Source: an uncultured Gammaproteobacteria bacterium (GTDB taxonomy: Bacteria; Patescibacteriota; Microgenomatia; UBA10105; UBA927). Taken from it: a stretch of DNA of 64,000 bases. The stretch spans positions 120,039 through 184,038 of the forward strand of contig CAZVTT010000002.1 in the NCBI GenBank assembly GCA_964629685.1, written 5' to 3'. Positions 21,585 through 33,226 of the stretch are shown piece by piece. The translations under genes were made by a program, and so were the position numbers. The stretch's first letter is position 1, and each line of letters begins with the position of its first letter. The notes under the pieces were generated by a model. That model was not told where the DNA came from, made no database searches, and saw only the letters and a list, made by a program, of their open reading frames with translations.

Positions 21585-21644
21585 GTTCCTCCTTTCGGAC
21601 GATACACTCGTCCGTACGAAAATATAATTATATTTTTTTTACCG

Positions 21645-23588
<1,944 letters not shown>

Positions 23589-23613
23589 CTACTTGAGCTC
23601 ACAAATGATCATT

Positions 23614-24318
23614 CTACACTATGAATTCTTGGTTGTCTACACTTTCATTTTGCGTCAGGAAAATACTATCCAAAACGAGCCGCGGAGTAACGTTTGCCTG
23701 CAGGTATGTATACGCCTTCAGTAATTTCTTACCGATGTCGGCAATATGAAACGGGGAAACGGTTGACTGTCTGGTTTGATGCACGCCGTATGCTGACAGC
23801 AGTGCGGAATGGATATCGTGTTGTGCCGCTTCCATCCAGGTAGTTACCTCTTGTTTCGATTGTCCTATGTTTTCGGTGGCTGCCAGTCGTTCACCAACGG
23901 AAAGCGGTAGCAGGCTCAGAATATTTGGTTCGCTTGTTACGGTTTCCGATACAGAGGTAGAGGTAGTGTCCGTAATTATCTGGCAGCGTGATAAAACCGT
24001 AGGAAGTAAAGCGGTAACCGTGGAAGTTTCCAGCACAATAATAACTCTTGGTGGTGGTTCTTCCAGCGATTTTAGGAGTGCGTTCTGTGCTTCGGGTGTT
24101 AATGTCTGTGCGGACCGAATTACCCCCAACCGAATCTGGCCGGCAGTTGGAGAGAGGCGGAGCTGGTCTATAAATGAACGGATTTCGTTTACGCCTATAC
24201 TGCTATCGGTGAGCAGCAATTCTATACTGTCGGAAATTGCCGCACCGCTAATATTAAGCACAGCGGTTAAGTTCTTTAACTCCGTCGGTGCTGTCGTAAT
24301 CAGAATGTAGGCCTGCAT
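23614..24318 (-). CDS. holB: DNA polymerase III delta'-subunit-like protein (short, degenerate P-loop)
   Basis: QNALLKSLEEPP and LSRCQ motifs. The Walker A position reads ITTAPTELKNL with no GKT. Start chosen at the internal ATG (MQAYIL) to leave a divergent intergenic space; the listed ORF start is 24435. Confidence 0.55.
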   Translation of the reverse strand: MQAYILITTAPTELKNLTAVLNISGAAISDSIELLLTDSSIGVNEIRSFIDQLRLSPTAGQIRLGVIRSAQTLTPEAQNALLKSLEEPPPRVIIVLETSTVTALLPTVLSRCQIITDTTSTSVSETVTSEPNILSLLPLSVGERLAATENIGQSKQEVTTWMEAAQHDIHSALLSAYGVHQTRQSTVSPFHIADIGKKLLKAYTYLQANVTPRLVLDSIFLTQNESVDNQEFIV

Positions 24319-24404
24319 AGTTTGCCCGTCTTGCTTTCCTTGCGGTAAATATGAATAATAAGTATATCGCATCTCGTGTATGCAGTACATGAGTGTGGGT
24401 CTGT

Positions 24405-26126
24405 ATGCCTGCCACAGATCAGGAAATATTATCACTTTTAGTTGAAGACAAACGGCTCACTGCTGAACAGGCAGAGGCCGTAAGCACCGAATCACTCAAT
24501 ACGGCACTTCCGATAGAGCAAATTTTGTTGCGCAAACGTTTGGTAAATGAAAATGATTATGCCAAAGCGCGTGCGAGAAGTTTGGGAATTCCGTTCATTA
24601 CCCTGGCAGGCCGCGCTATCTCCGCTGACGCCATAAATTATATCCCTGAGCCGGTCGCCAGACGGTATACCCTTATTCCCTTCCAGTATGACGGGCCAGC
24701 GAATGAGCTTTCGGTGGCAATGCTCGATCCGTTGGATTTTCAGGTTATAGAATTTTTGGAAAAGAAATCCGGAAAGGTAATCAAAACATACATGGCTATG
24801 AGAGACGATATCATGGCCATGATCGAGGAATCGTATAAACAGAATTTGGGTGCAGATGTTACCGCTGCGCTGAAAGAAACGGCACCATCACAAATTAAAA
24901 CGTATGAAGCCGGTAAATTGGGAGAAGTTATCCGGGAAGCACCTATTGCCCAAATAGTGTCAGCAATTTTGGAACAATCTATCAGAATTAGGGCTTCGGA
25001 CGTCCATATTGAACCGCAAATAGGAGATACCCGTGTCAGGTACCGTGTTGACGGAATCCTGCAGGAACGGCTTGCATTGCCACGCGGTCTGCACGAGGCT
25101 GTCGTTTCCCGTATAAAAATTTTGTCCGATATGAAAATTGATGAAAAGCGGGTTCCCCAGGACGGCCGGTTTAATTTTAAAATGGGAGAATCCGAGGTTG
25201 ACCTGCGTGTCTCTACACTACCGACGGTTCACGGTGAAAAGGTCGTGATGCGGTTACTGAAAAAATCCGGAGGTATACCGACGTTAAATGACCTGGGATT
25301 ACGTGGTCTCGCGTTAAAGAATCTTGAACAGAGTATTACCAGGCCGCACGGTATTATTCTTGTAACCGGACCTACGGGTTCAGGAAAAACGACGACACTG
25401 TACGCATTGCTATCCAAATTAAATAACGCCCGCGTAAACATCGTGACACTGGAAGATCCTGTTGAATACGAAATTCCGGGAGTTAACCAGGTCCAGATTA
25501 ATCCACAGGCAGGATTAAATTTTGCAACCGGACTGCGTTCGTTTCTCCGTCAGGATCCCAATATTATTCTGGTAGGAGAAATCCGAGATTCGGAAACCAC
25601 TGATCTAGCTGTCCAAGCAGCATTAACCGGTCATTTAGTATTCTCTACACTTCATACGAATAATTCTGCCGGAGCTATTCCCCGGTTACTGGACTTGGGT
25701 GCTGAACCGTTCCTGGTAGCATCGGCGCTTAATACCGTTATGGCTCAACGTATAGTACGGAAAATTTGTCCGGCCTGTAAAATGGAATTTGAACCGGATG
25801 CGAAAGTAGCGGAAGATATCCGAAAGGTGTTGGGTCCCCTCCTCCCTACCGATAAACCGATTAAACTGTATAAAGGAAAAGGAACGGTGAATGATGTCCC
25901 CTGCAGTACGTGTGCCGGGACTACGTACATCGGACGGGTCGGAGTATTTGAAGTATTTCCCGTTACGAATGCGATCAGTAGACTAATATTATCACGTGCG
26001 CCGATGAAAGATATTGAAAATCAGGCGGTAGCGGAGCATATGATTGCGATGAAACAGGATGGCTATATGAAAGCGCTCGAAGGAATTACGACATTGGAAG
26101 AAGTATTGCGGGTGGCTCAGGATTAG
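24405..26126 (+). CDS. pilB: Type IV pilus assembly ATPase PilB (GspE family)
   Basis: N-terminal GSPII_E_N domain, Walker A LVTGPTGSGKTTT, the tetracysteine CPAC...CSTC, Asp and His boxes. Confidence 0.9.
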   Translation: MPATDQEILSLLVEDKRLTAEQAEAVSTESLNTALPIEQILLRKRLVNENDYAKARARSLGIPFITLAGRAISADAINYIPEPVARRYTLIPFQYDGPANELSVAMLDPLDFQVIEFLEKKSGKVIKTYMAMRDDIMAMIEESYKQNLGADVTAALKETAPSQIKTYEAGKLGEVIREAPIAQIVSAILEQSIRIRASDVHIEPQIGDTRVRYRVDGILQERLALPRGLHEAVVSRIKILSDMKIDEKRVPQDGRFNFKMGESEVDLRVSTLPTVHGEKVVMRLLKKSGGIPTLNDLGLRGLALKNLEQSITRPHGIILVTGPTGSGKTTTLYALLSKLNNARVNIVTLEDPVEYEIPGVNQVQINPQAGLNFATGLRSFLRQDPNIILVGEIRDSETTDLAVQAALTGHLVFSTLHTNNSAGAIPRLLDLGAEPFLVASALNTVMAQRIVRKICPACKMEFEPDAKVAEDIRKVLGPLLPTDKPIKLYKGKGTVNDVPCSTCAGTTYIGRVGVFEVFPVTNAISRLILSRAPMKDIENQAVAEHMIAMKQDGYMKALEGITTLEEVLRVAQD

Positions 26127-26146
26127 GATCGAAAGGATTATTACAT

Positions 26147-27202
26147 ATGGATATTCAACAGCTTTTTACGGAAACGGTTAGGGTTTCAGCTTCAGACCTC
26201 CATCTCCTGGTAGGTTTCCCCCCTATGCTGCGGGTAGCGGGACGATTGGGGTCAATTCCTAATCTTTCTCCTTTAACGCCCGGAGATGCCGAACAACTGA
26301 TTTTTGCTATTTTTACGCCGGAACAGAAAGATTTGTTTTTAACTAACCGGGAAATAGACTTTTCCGTGGCTGCACCTGCAGGTAGATTCCGTGCAAATGT
26401 GTACTACCAGAAAGGGACAATCGCAGCGACGTTCAGGTTGGTAAATTCAAAAATTAAAGGTATAGATGAATTGGGTTTACCGACTATATGTCATGAATTT
26501 GTAAAATTGCGGCAAGGGTTTGTATTAGTAACCGGCCCCACTGGCCATGGAAAATCTACCACGCTCGCGGCAATGATTCAGGAAATAAATCAGAATTTCG
26601 CACATCACGTAATTACTATCGAAGATCCCATCGAGTATATTTATCCGCCCGGTATGTCCATTATTTCCCAACGGGAAATGCATGCGGATACGCATTCCTG
26701 GAATGTCGCACTGCGAAGCGTGTTGCGCGAGGATCCGGATGTTGTGCTGGTTGGAGAAATGCGTGATTTTGAAACGATAGAAGCCGCGCTAACCGTAGCA
26801 GAAACGGGACATTTGGTTTTTGCTACGCTCCATACAAATTCAGCCAGTCAAACGATAGACCGTATTGTCGGTGTGTTTCCGGAAAATCAGCAGCCACAGA
26901 TACGGTTGCAACTTGCAGCAGTTCTGGAATCGGTTGTTTCCCAGAGATTGGTTCCTGCCGTGGGTGGTGGCCGGGTGGCTATTGCAGAAGTCATGACGGG
27001 TACTCCCGCGATCCGGTCAACAATCCGGGACGGACGTACGCATCTCATAGATAACATTATGCAAACGTCTGCGGAATTAGGAATGATAACGCTGGAAACG
27101 TCGCTTGCCAACGAAGTAAAAGCAGGCAGAATTAGTGCCGATACGGCAATGTCATATGCAGTTCGGCCGGATGATTTGGGTCGATTATTAAAGGGAATAT
27201 AA
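26147..27202 (+). CDS. pilT: Type IV pilus retraction ATPase PilT
   Basis: ASDLHL, Walker A VTGPTGHGKSTT and the PilT-type C-terminus. Confidence 0.9.
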   Translation: MDIQQLFTETVRVSASDLHLLVGFPPMLRVAGRLGSIPNLSPLTPGDAEQLIFAIFTPEQKDLFLTNREIDFSVAAPAGRFRANVYYQKGTIAATFRLVNSKIKGIDELGLPTICHEFVKLRQGFVLVTGPTGHGKSTTLAAMIQEINQNFAHHVITIEDPIEYIYPPGMSIISQREMHADTHSWNVALRSVLREDPDVVLVGEMRDFETIEAALTVAETGHLVFATLHTNSASQTIDRIVGVFPENQQPQIRLQLAAVLESVVSQRLVPAVGGGRVAIAEVMTGTPAIRSTIRDGRTHLIDNIMQTSAELGMITLETSLANEVKAGRISADTAMSYAVRPDDLGRLLKGI

Positions 27203-27205
27203 CGT

Positions 27206-28417
27206 ATGGCTTTTTTTAATTATAAGGCACGCGACGAAACGGGACGGGTGGTCACCGGTTTGGTAGAAGCTCCTTCTGAACAGGGTGCCGCGCGGCTACT
27301 GCGTGAAAAACAGCTTTTTGTGGTCGGATTGTCGCAAACGAAGCAGCGGATGTCATTTGAAAACGTGCTGATGCGCTTTAAACGTGTGGGTTTTTCCGAT
27401 GTGGTTAATTTTACCCGTCAATTGGCTACCATGGTAACTGCTGGACTATCGTTACCGGAATCCCTCACCATACTCCGGGCTCAGACGACGAATCCTGTTT
27501 TTGCACAGGTTCTCCTGGACGTGGAACATCAGATAATAGGTGGTGGGAATTTGGCTGATTCGCTGGCTAAATTTCCCAAGGTTTTTTCCACAATTTATAT
27601 AGCGTTGGTTCGGGCTGGGGAATCTTCGGGCACGTTAGATAAAGTACTGAATCGGATGGCTGAAACGCTGGAGTCACAACGGGAATTCCGAAGTAAGGTC
27701 CGCGGCGCTATGATTTATCCGGTGATTATTCTGTTGGGTATGGTTGGAGTTATTTTCGTGATGATGACGGTCGTAATCCCTAAGCTGACGGATTTATACA
27801 AGGATTTCGGGGTGGAACTGCCGTTTACCACACAATTACTTATAACCGTCTCTCAATTTTTCGTACATTTTTGGTGGCTGATGATTGGCGTTGCCGTTTT
27901 TGGAGCCTGGGCGTTTGATAAGTGGCGCCGCACACCGGTGGGAGAACTTGCGGTAGATTCTTTAACGTTAAAAATTCCGGTACTGGGAGAGCTTACGAAA
28001 AAAGTTATTTTAGTGGATTTCACCAGAACACTGGGAATGTTGATTTCTTCAGGTATTCATATCCTTGACGGACTTAATATCCTGAAAGATTCATTGGGAA
28101 ATGTATTATTCCGAAATGCTATCGGAGATATTGCTAAAAAAGTTGAAAAAGGTTTTCCGCTTGGTACCACGTTCTCCCAATACGATGTGTTCCCCCCTAT
28201 TGTCTCCCAAATGGTTAAAGTGGGCGAAGAAACCGGAAAAATGGACGAAACACTCGTAAAGGTGTCCAAATATTTTGAAACCGAATCGGAGCATTTGGTT
28301 AAAGGACTGACGACGGCTATTGAGCCGATTATCATGGTAGTGCTTGGTGTTGGTGTTGGTTTTATCGTCGTGTCAGTGGTCACACCGATATATAACCTAA
28401 CAAACCAGATCAAATAA
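27206..28417 (+). CDS. pilC: Type IV pilus platform protein PilC (GspF family)
   Basis: Two T2SS-F repeats with three TM segments. Confidence 0.9.
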   Translation: MAFFNYKARDETGRVVTGLVEAPSEQGAARLLREKQLFVVGLSQTKQRMSFENVLMRFKRVGFSDVVNFTRQLATMVTAGLSLPESLTILRAQTTNPVFAQVLLDVEHQIIGGGNLADSLAKFPKVFSTIYIALVRAGESSGTLDKVLNRMAETLESQREFRSKVRGAMIYPVIILLGMVGVIFVMMTVVIPKLTDLYKDFGVELPFTTQLLITVSQFFVHFWWLMIGVAVFGAWAFDKWRRTPVGELAVDSLTLKIPVLGELTKKVILVDFTRTLGMLISSGIHILDGLNILKDSLGNVLFRNAIGDIAKKVEKGFPLGTTFSQYDVFPPIVSQMVKVGEETGKMDETLVKVSKYFETESEHLVKGLTTAIEPIIMVVLGVGVGFIVVSVVTPIYNLTNQIK

Positions 28418-28480
28418 GCATTTAGTATTGACAAGTAATTTTAGCCTGTGATACACAGGTATATAAGGAGTAATTATATT

Positions 28481-28999
28481 ATGAATCAGCATACTGCCCG
28501 TACTGTGAAAGGTTTTACACTCATCGAGTTGCTTATCGTTATCGCGTTGCTCGGTGCTTTGGCTATCGGTCTGTTAGCCACTATCGATCCTTTTGAACAA
28601 TTAAAGAAGGGTCGCGATACGTCTACCCGTAACACGGTAGCAGAAATTTATAATTCCGAATTACGGTACTATGCTACCAAAGGTCAGTTTACCTGGGGAA
28701 CGGGTACTACTCTGACATCCGTCAGTATTTCCAATATAGGTTCGGATATCACCTCGTTAATCAATTCGGGTGAATTGAAGAATAGGTTTGAAGAACTGGC
28801 CGGAACCGCAAATCTAGCTAAAATTCTGGTCACTTCGACAGCACCGGAACATCTGGCGGTCTGTTTCAGACCGGAATCAAAGTCTTTCCAGGCAGATCCG
28901 GTAACACAATTCCAATCGGACGCGCAAACAGCAGCCGCAGGTACGTGTAAGTCTCAGACTTCGGTCGGCGGGACTGACTGCTATCTCTGTATTCAATAA
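28481..28999 (+). CDS. Type IV prepilin, candidate major pilin
   Basis: Leader MNQHTARTVKG then FTLIELLIVIA (class III signal with Glu at +5). C-terminal Cys pair (CKSQ…DCYLC). AAGGAG sits 11 nt upstream of the ATG at 28481. First pilin after pilBTC. Confidence 0.8.
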   Translation: MNQHTARTVKGFTLIELLIVIALLGALAIGLLATIDPFEQLKKGRDTSTRNTVAEIYNSELRYYATKGQFTWGTGTTLTSVSISNIGSDITSLINSGELKNRFEELAGTANLAKILVTSTAPEHLAVCFRPESKSFQADPVTQFQSDAQTAAAGTCKSQTSVGGTDCYLCIQ

Positions 29000-29001
29000 T
29001 A

Positions 29002-31020
29002 ATGACTCGTTCAGTATTTCGAATCATCGTCGCTGCAAGTGCCGCGACGATGTTTTCGTTTATCTTGTTTCTGTGGTACCAAACGTTAGGTATTACCGGT
29101 GGTGACAGCGGTGATTTGGTCGCAGCTGCAGCGTTGTTCGGTGTCCCCCATCCTCCCGGGTATCCACTTTATACCGCGCTGGCGGGACTGCTCATTCGGA
29201 TTCCGGGAATGACCGCATCGTGGAAATCTGCATTCATGTCTTCTGTACCAAGCGCTCTGACAATCGGTTGTTTGTTTATTTTGAGTTACCAGTTAACCAA
29301 AAGGTATATTCCCGGTATATTTGCCGCGTTAATCCTTGCCGGAAATTATGTATTTTTCCTGTATAGTATTAGCCCTGAAGTTTTTGCCTTACTTAATTTT
29401 TTCCTAGTTCTTACGACCGGCTTTTTCTTATTGTGGTTGCAAACAGGCAGAAAAAGGTATTTGTATTGGTTAGCCTTCTCATTGGGTTTGGGAATGACAC
29501 ATCATCATCTTTTGCTCTTTATTCTTCCTGCTATGGTAGTCGTGGGGTGGCGTATTCGGGAGCGGCGTGAAGTTGTCCTGCACAATCTGCCCAAGTTAAT
29601 CTGCTTTGGCGTGATCGGGTTCCTTCCCTATCTCTATGTCCTATTTGCCGGTAACAGCAGCGCGATTGTGAATTGGGATCGACCGATTACCGTGAATAAT
29701 GTTATCCGTTTAATTTCGCGTTCGGATTACGGAACATTTCAGTCCGGGGCATTTTATTTGGGACAAATGGGGCAAAGAATATTGCAGGTGAAAATGTATG
29801 CGCAACTCGTACTGTTGGATATCCGATTCATTGGAGTGCTGTCTGCCCTGGTCGGTTGGTGGTGGTTAAGACGTCGGGATAAGCGGATCTGGATGTTTGT
29901 CACTATCGCAATTATTTCCTTAGGTCCATGGTTCTTTTTCTATGCGGGTTTTCCCCTCCTTAATCGTTTTACGCTGGGAACGTATGAACGGTTTCTGTTG
30001 CCTTCATATGTGTTTTTATCATGGCTGATCGGTATCGGTATGTGGCAAATTGCCGTATGGATAAGTACTCGGATAGGGACAGTTGTTCGTCTTCCAAAAC
30101 CGTGGTTAACCGCGTTAACCATGCTGGCATTGGCGATATATCCGGTTACGATGGTGTCGACAACACTTTGGCGTTTTAACGGGATGAAAACGGACTTTAC
30201 CGCAGATAGATTAGGTATGGATATACTGCAAACGGTATCTCAGAACGGAATAGTGCTACTGGGCAGAGATACGCCGCTTTTTATCGCGCAATATGTGCGG
30301 TATGCAACAAATTACCGAAGTGATGTTATCCTACTGCACGGCACGTTGTTCGAATCGGATTATTATCCGGCAGTCATCCGACATGCATATCCACAACTAC
30401 GCATTCCGGAAACGACGCCTTCACAATTTACGAAAGAATTCATTGCGCAGAATCGCGCACAACACGAAATATATTCCAATATTAAACTCTCGGTTGATCC
30501 GGATTCAGTCTGGGTTCCCCATGGTCTGTTGTACCGTTTGGAGTTGTTGGCGGAGCTTCCGAGTCTTGACGAACTTATAGCTGAAAATGACCGGGTCTGG
30601 AAAACATATGGTAATCCCCGTGCAGGAATTTTGTCCAGATATAATCATCTGATGTTATCCGACGTACTGGATGTCTATGGTGCCAGCAGGAATGAATTCG
30701 GCAATGTATTATTAAAGGCCCAGAAGTATGAGAAAGCAAAGGAATATTCTCAAGCCGGAATAGATTTAGCCGGTGATTCCCAATTACCGCAGGCCTATGT
30801 AAATTTAGGACTGGCGGAAATGGGACTGAAGAACTGTCAGGCCGCGTTTGCGGCGTTTGATACCGCTGAGCAATTTCATTTAGCTCCGCATGTCGAATTA
30901 AAAGTATATCGGGCGATTACGTATCGCGACTGTGTCGGTGATGCCGTCAAGGCGCAGGAATATTTTTCGCAGTACGATGCCGCCAGGAAAGAAACCCAAA
31001 CAAAACTACAACCCCAATAG
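29002..31020 (+). CDS. DUF2723-family GT-C-type membrane glycosyltransferase-like protein with C-terminal TPR repeats
   Basis: N-terminal GVPHPPGYPLY motif characteristic of DUF2723/TMEM260-like proteins. About 11 TM, then soluble TPR-like helices (YEKAKEYSQAGIDLA…). Family call from motif memory. Confidence 0.55.
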   Translation: MTRSVFRIIVAASAATMFSFILFLWYQTLGITGGDSGDLVAAAALFGVPHPPGYPLYTALAGLLIRIPGMTASWKSAFMSSVPSALTIGCLFILSYQLTKRYIPGIFAALILAGNYVFFLYSISPEVFALLNFFLVLTTGFFLLWLQTGRKRYLYWLAFSLGLGMTHHHLLLFILPAMVVVGWRIRERREVVLHNLPKLICFGVIGFLPYLYVLFAGNSSAIVNWDRPITVNNVIRLISRSDYGTFQSGAFYLGQMGQRILQVKMYAQLVLLDIRFIGVLSALVGWWWLRRRDKRIWMFVTIAIISLGPWFFFYAGFPLLNRFTLGTYERFLLPSYVFLSWLIGIGMWQIAVWISTRIGTVVRLPKPWLTALTMLALAIYPVTMVSTTLWRFNGMKTDFTADRLGMDILQTVSQNGIVLLGRDTPLFIAQYVRYATNYRSDVILLHGTLFESDYYPAVIRHAYPQLRIPETTPSQFTKEFIAQNRAQHEIYSNIKLSVDPDSVWVPHGLLYRLELLAELPSLDELIAENDRVWKTYGNPRAGILSRYNHLMLSDVLDVYGASRNEFGNVLLKAQKYEKAKEYSQAGIDLAGDSQLPQAYVNLGLAEMGLKNCQAAFAAFDTAEQFHLAPHVELKVYRAITYRDCVGDAVKAQEYFSQYDAARKETQTKLQPQ

Positions 31021-33163
31021 CGCAATGGAGAATAAGGGAAATTAAGGCTCCGATATAAAACATTCTGGGCCGGTATGCAACCGCCACTTCATGATCTCCG
31101 GGTGGGATTATAATTCCCTGTTGGCGGATATTTGCCGGAATGATCTCAGCGTTAATTCCGTCGATTTTTGCCTCCCAACCCGGATAATACGTTTGATCTA
31201 CAATCAGCATACCTTCGCGGTAATTATTCGTAATAGTAAACTGTTTCCGCAATGGCTGATCTTGTACCTGTTCTACTAATCCGGCACTACCCGAGCCGGA
31301 AAGCGTGAGCGCTTTTTCCAGTATTACCGTTTGGCCGGGAATAAAAGCCTGAGAGGCAAACACTTCTTTTGCATCTTCTGCAGTATTTGCCAGTGCAGTT
31401 TGTGTGGCTATATACGCCCGAGGTAAAGCCGTAGGGTTTTCAAACACATCAAGTGTATACGAATCTGCGAAAGTGAGTTGTTTGGGTCCCGGAAGTAGTG
31501 TCGTTTTGATTGGTAATGCGGAAATTATGGTGCCTATGCTATAGGTATCAAGCATTTTTTTACCGGTGGCACTGATCGTTGCATCCGTGGTATTCATCCG
31601 GATTTCTTCCTGGAACAACGAATCAAGAACGGATTGTCTGTGCAAAAATCTACCTGCGTATACCGAGTTGGTCGTGATCCCCCATAACGTGGTTGAAGAT
31701 GGGTCGAGTGAGTTTCTTAGCCATCTGTATGGTTCCATAGATGTCCAACCTGTTTTGAGAAAAAACTTATTATGTAGTGAACCTATTCCCAATGAATACG
31801 TAACTTCCTGATTTTTAACGTGCATGGCAGATTCAGGGGCTGCTATCCACGCATTGGCTGACTCATACGGATGATATCCCCACCAGTACCACCACATGAG
31901 TCCCAGATTAAGGAAAAGGACAATGGCGGTTATCCAGGTAACTGCCCGAAACCGTTTAGTATATTCCAGAAAAATGTGGGCACCACCCATGCTGACAGTA
32001 ACCAGTGCAAACAAAAATACCCAGAGGAATCTTGAGGGGGCCCGGAATAAGTTAAACGGCCAGATAGAAAAAATAAAGTAAAACGGTGAATGACTTCCGA
32101 ACATTAAAAAGGCTGCCCCGATCAGAAGATACGCAACTATCCGCAGATATTTTTTTTGTTTTACTGACAGTCGTTGGCGTTCCTTCAGGAGAAATAACAA
32201 CAAGGCCAATGGTAGGTATCCGATATACGCAGTGTTTTCCCAGAATATACTGCCGTCAAATTCGTTAAAGGGAGGATACGTTCCCATTCTGGGATTACCG
32301 AACGTATATGGTGCAATCAGCGAAACCAGGTGTAAGGGCGGTAAGGAAAAGTAGGTAGACGTTTGGCCGCTAAAACCACCGGCAGCGCCCGTCTGCTGCA
32401 AAAATTCGTAGGACGGTAAGAGTTGTGCCATTGATAGTCCCAGCCCCAAAATTCCAACTAAACTGAATCGGAAAAAAGTACTCAACAAATGAAGCTTTGA
32501 GGGTGAATTATATACCGTAAAGACTGCGGCACAAAGTAAAGTAATAAATGTGGCTTGCGGAAATCCGGCGAATATCTGTTGAGATATAAATACTGCCAAA
32601 AGTATTCCCCACCATTTACTGGGATGTTCCGCGAAACGCACGGTAGTCAACAATATCCATGGCATAAGGCTAAAAGCCTGGAGCAACGTGATGTGCGGAA
32701 TCTGCACAATGGGCAGCCCTCCGAAAATAAAAAACACTCCTCCGAAAAATGCAGCCAGCGGATGGTATTTTAAATGGGACAGAAAAAAATACATTCCGGT
32801 TCCCAAAGTGATAAATACGAAAATTAATGCCAGGTTATATGCCAATACGGGGGAAAACATTTTGAACAATAACAGATTGGGAAGGAAGAAAATACCTGTT
32901 TGGCCCTCTCCCAAAAGCGGGAATCCCGTCCCCATGTACGGTGACCAGAGCGGTAACGAGTTATTCTGAAGTGCTTCACTGAGGGCATACTTAGTGGGAA
33001 AGCTAAAATTCCAGACGTCACTTCTGCCGAAATCAGGAGTAATGATTAACGATTGCGTTGGCCAAAAAAGTCTAAAAAAGAATAGTATGCTAAGGATGCT
33101 TATTCCGAAAAATGCGAGTAATGATGTGCGATTCATGCAGCCAGTGTACTGATCCTGAGCCAT
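30947..33163 (-). CDS. YfhO-family membrane protein (GT-C-like glycosyltransferase family)
   Basis: Large polytopic N-terminus plus the diagnostic YfhO C-terminus (YYPGWEAKIDG…IPANIRQQGIIIPPGDHEVAVAYRP…final TM). Convergent with the DUF2723 gene, overlapping by ~74 nt. Confidence 0.65.
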   Translation of the reverse strand: MAQDQYTGCMNRTSLLAFFGISILSILFFFRLFWPTQSLIITPDFGRSDVWNFSFPTKYALSEALQNNSLPLWSPYMGTGFPLLGEGQTGIFFLPNLLLFKMFSPVLAYNLALIFVFITLGTGMYFFLSHLKYHPLAAFFGGVFFIFGGLPIVQIPHITLLQAFSLMPWILLTTVRFAEHPSKWWGILLAVFISQQIFAGFPQATFITLLCAAVFTVYNSPSKLHLLSTFFRFSLVGILGLGLSMAQLLPSYEFLQQTGAAGGFSGQTSTYFSLPPLHLVSLIAPYTFGNPRMGTYPPFNEFDGSIFWENTAYIGYLPLALLLFLLKERQRLSVKQKKYLRIVAYLLIGAAFLMFGSHSPFYFIFSIWPFNLFRAPSRFLWVFLFALVTVSMGGAHIFLEYTKRFRAVTWITAIVLFLNLGLMWWYWWGYHPYESANAWIAAPESAMHVKNQEVTYSLGIGSLHNKFFLKTGWTSMEPYRWLRNSLDPSSTTLWGITTNSVYAGRFLHRQSVLDSLFQEEIRMNTTDATISATGKKMLDTYSIGTIISALPIKTTLLPGPKQLTFADSYTLDVFENPTALPRAYIATQTALANTAEDAKEVFASQAFIPGQTVILEKALTLSGSGSAGLVEQVQDQPLRKQFTITNNYREGMLIVDQTYYPGWEAKIDGINAEIIPANIRQQGIIIPPGDHEVAVAYRPRMFYIGALISLILHCAIGVVVLFGFLSWRHRTAKNIPAP

Positions 33164-33226
33164 TGCCGCAAGTCAGGAGTCAAGTCAGCCCTTGATCTCT
33201 ACTGCCGGTTCATTAATACTCAGGAT

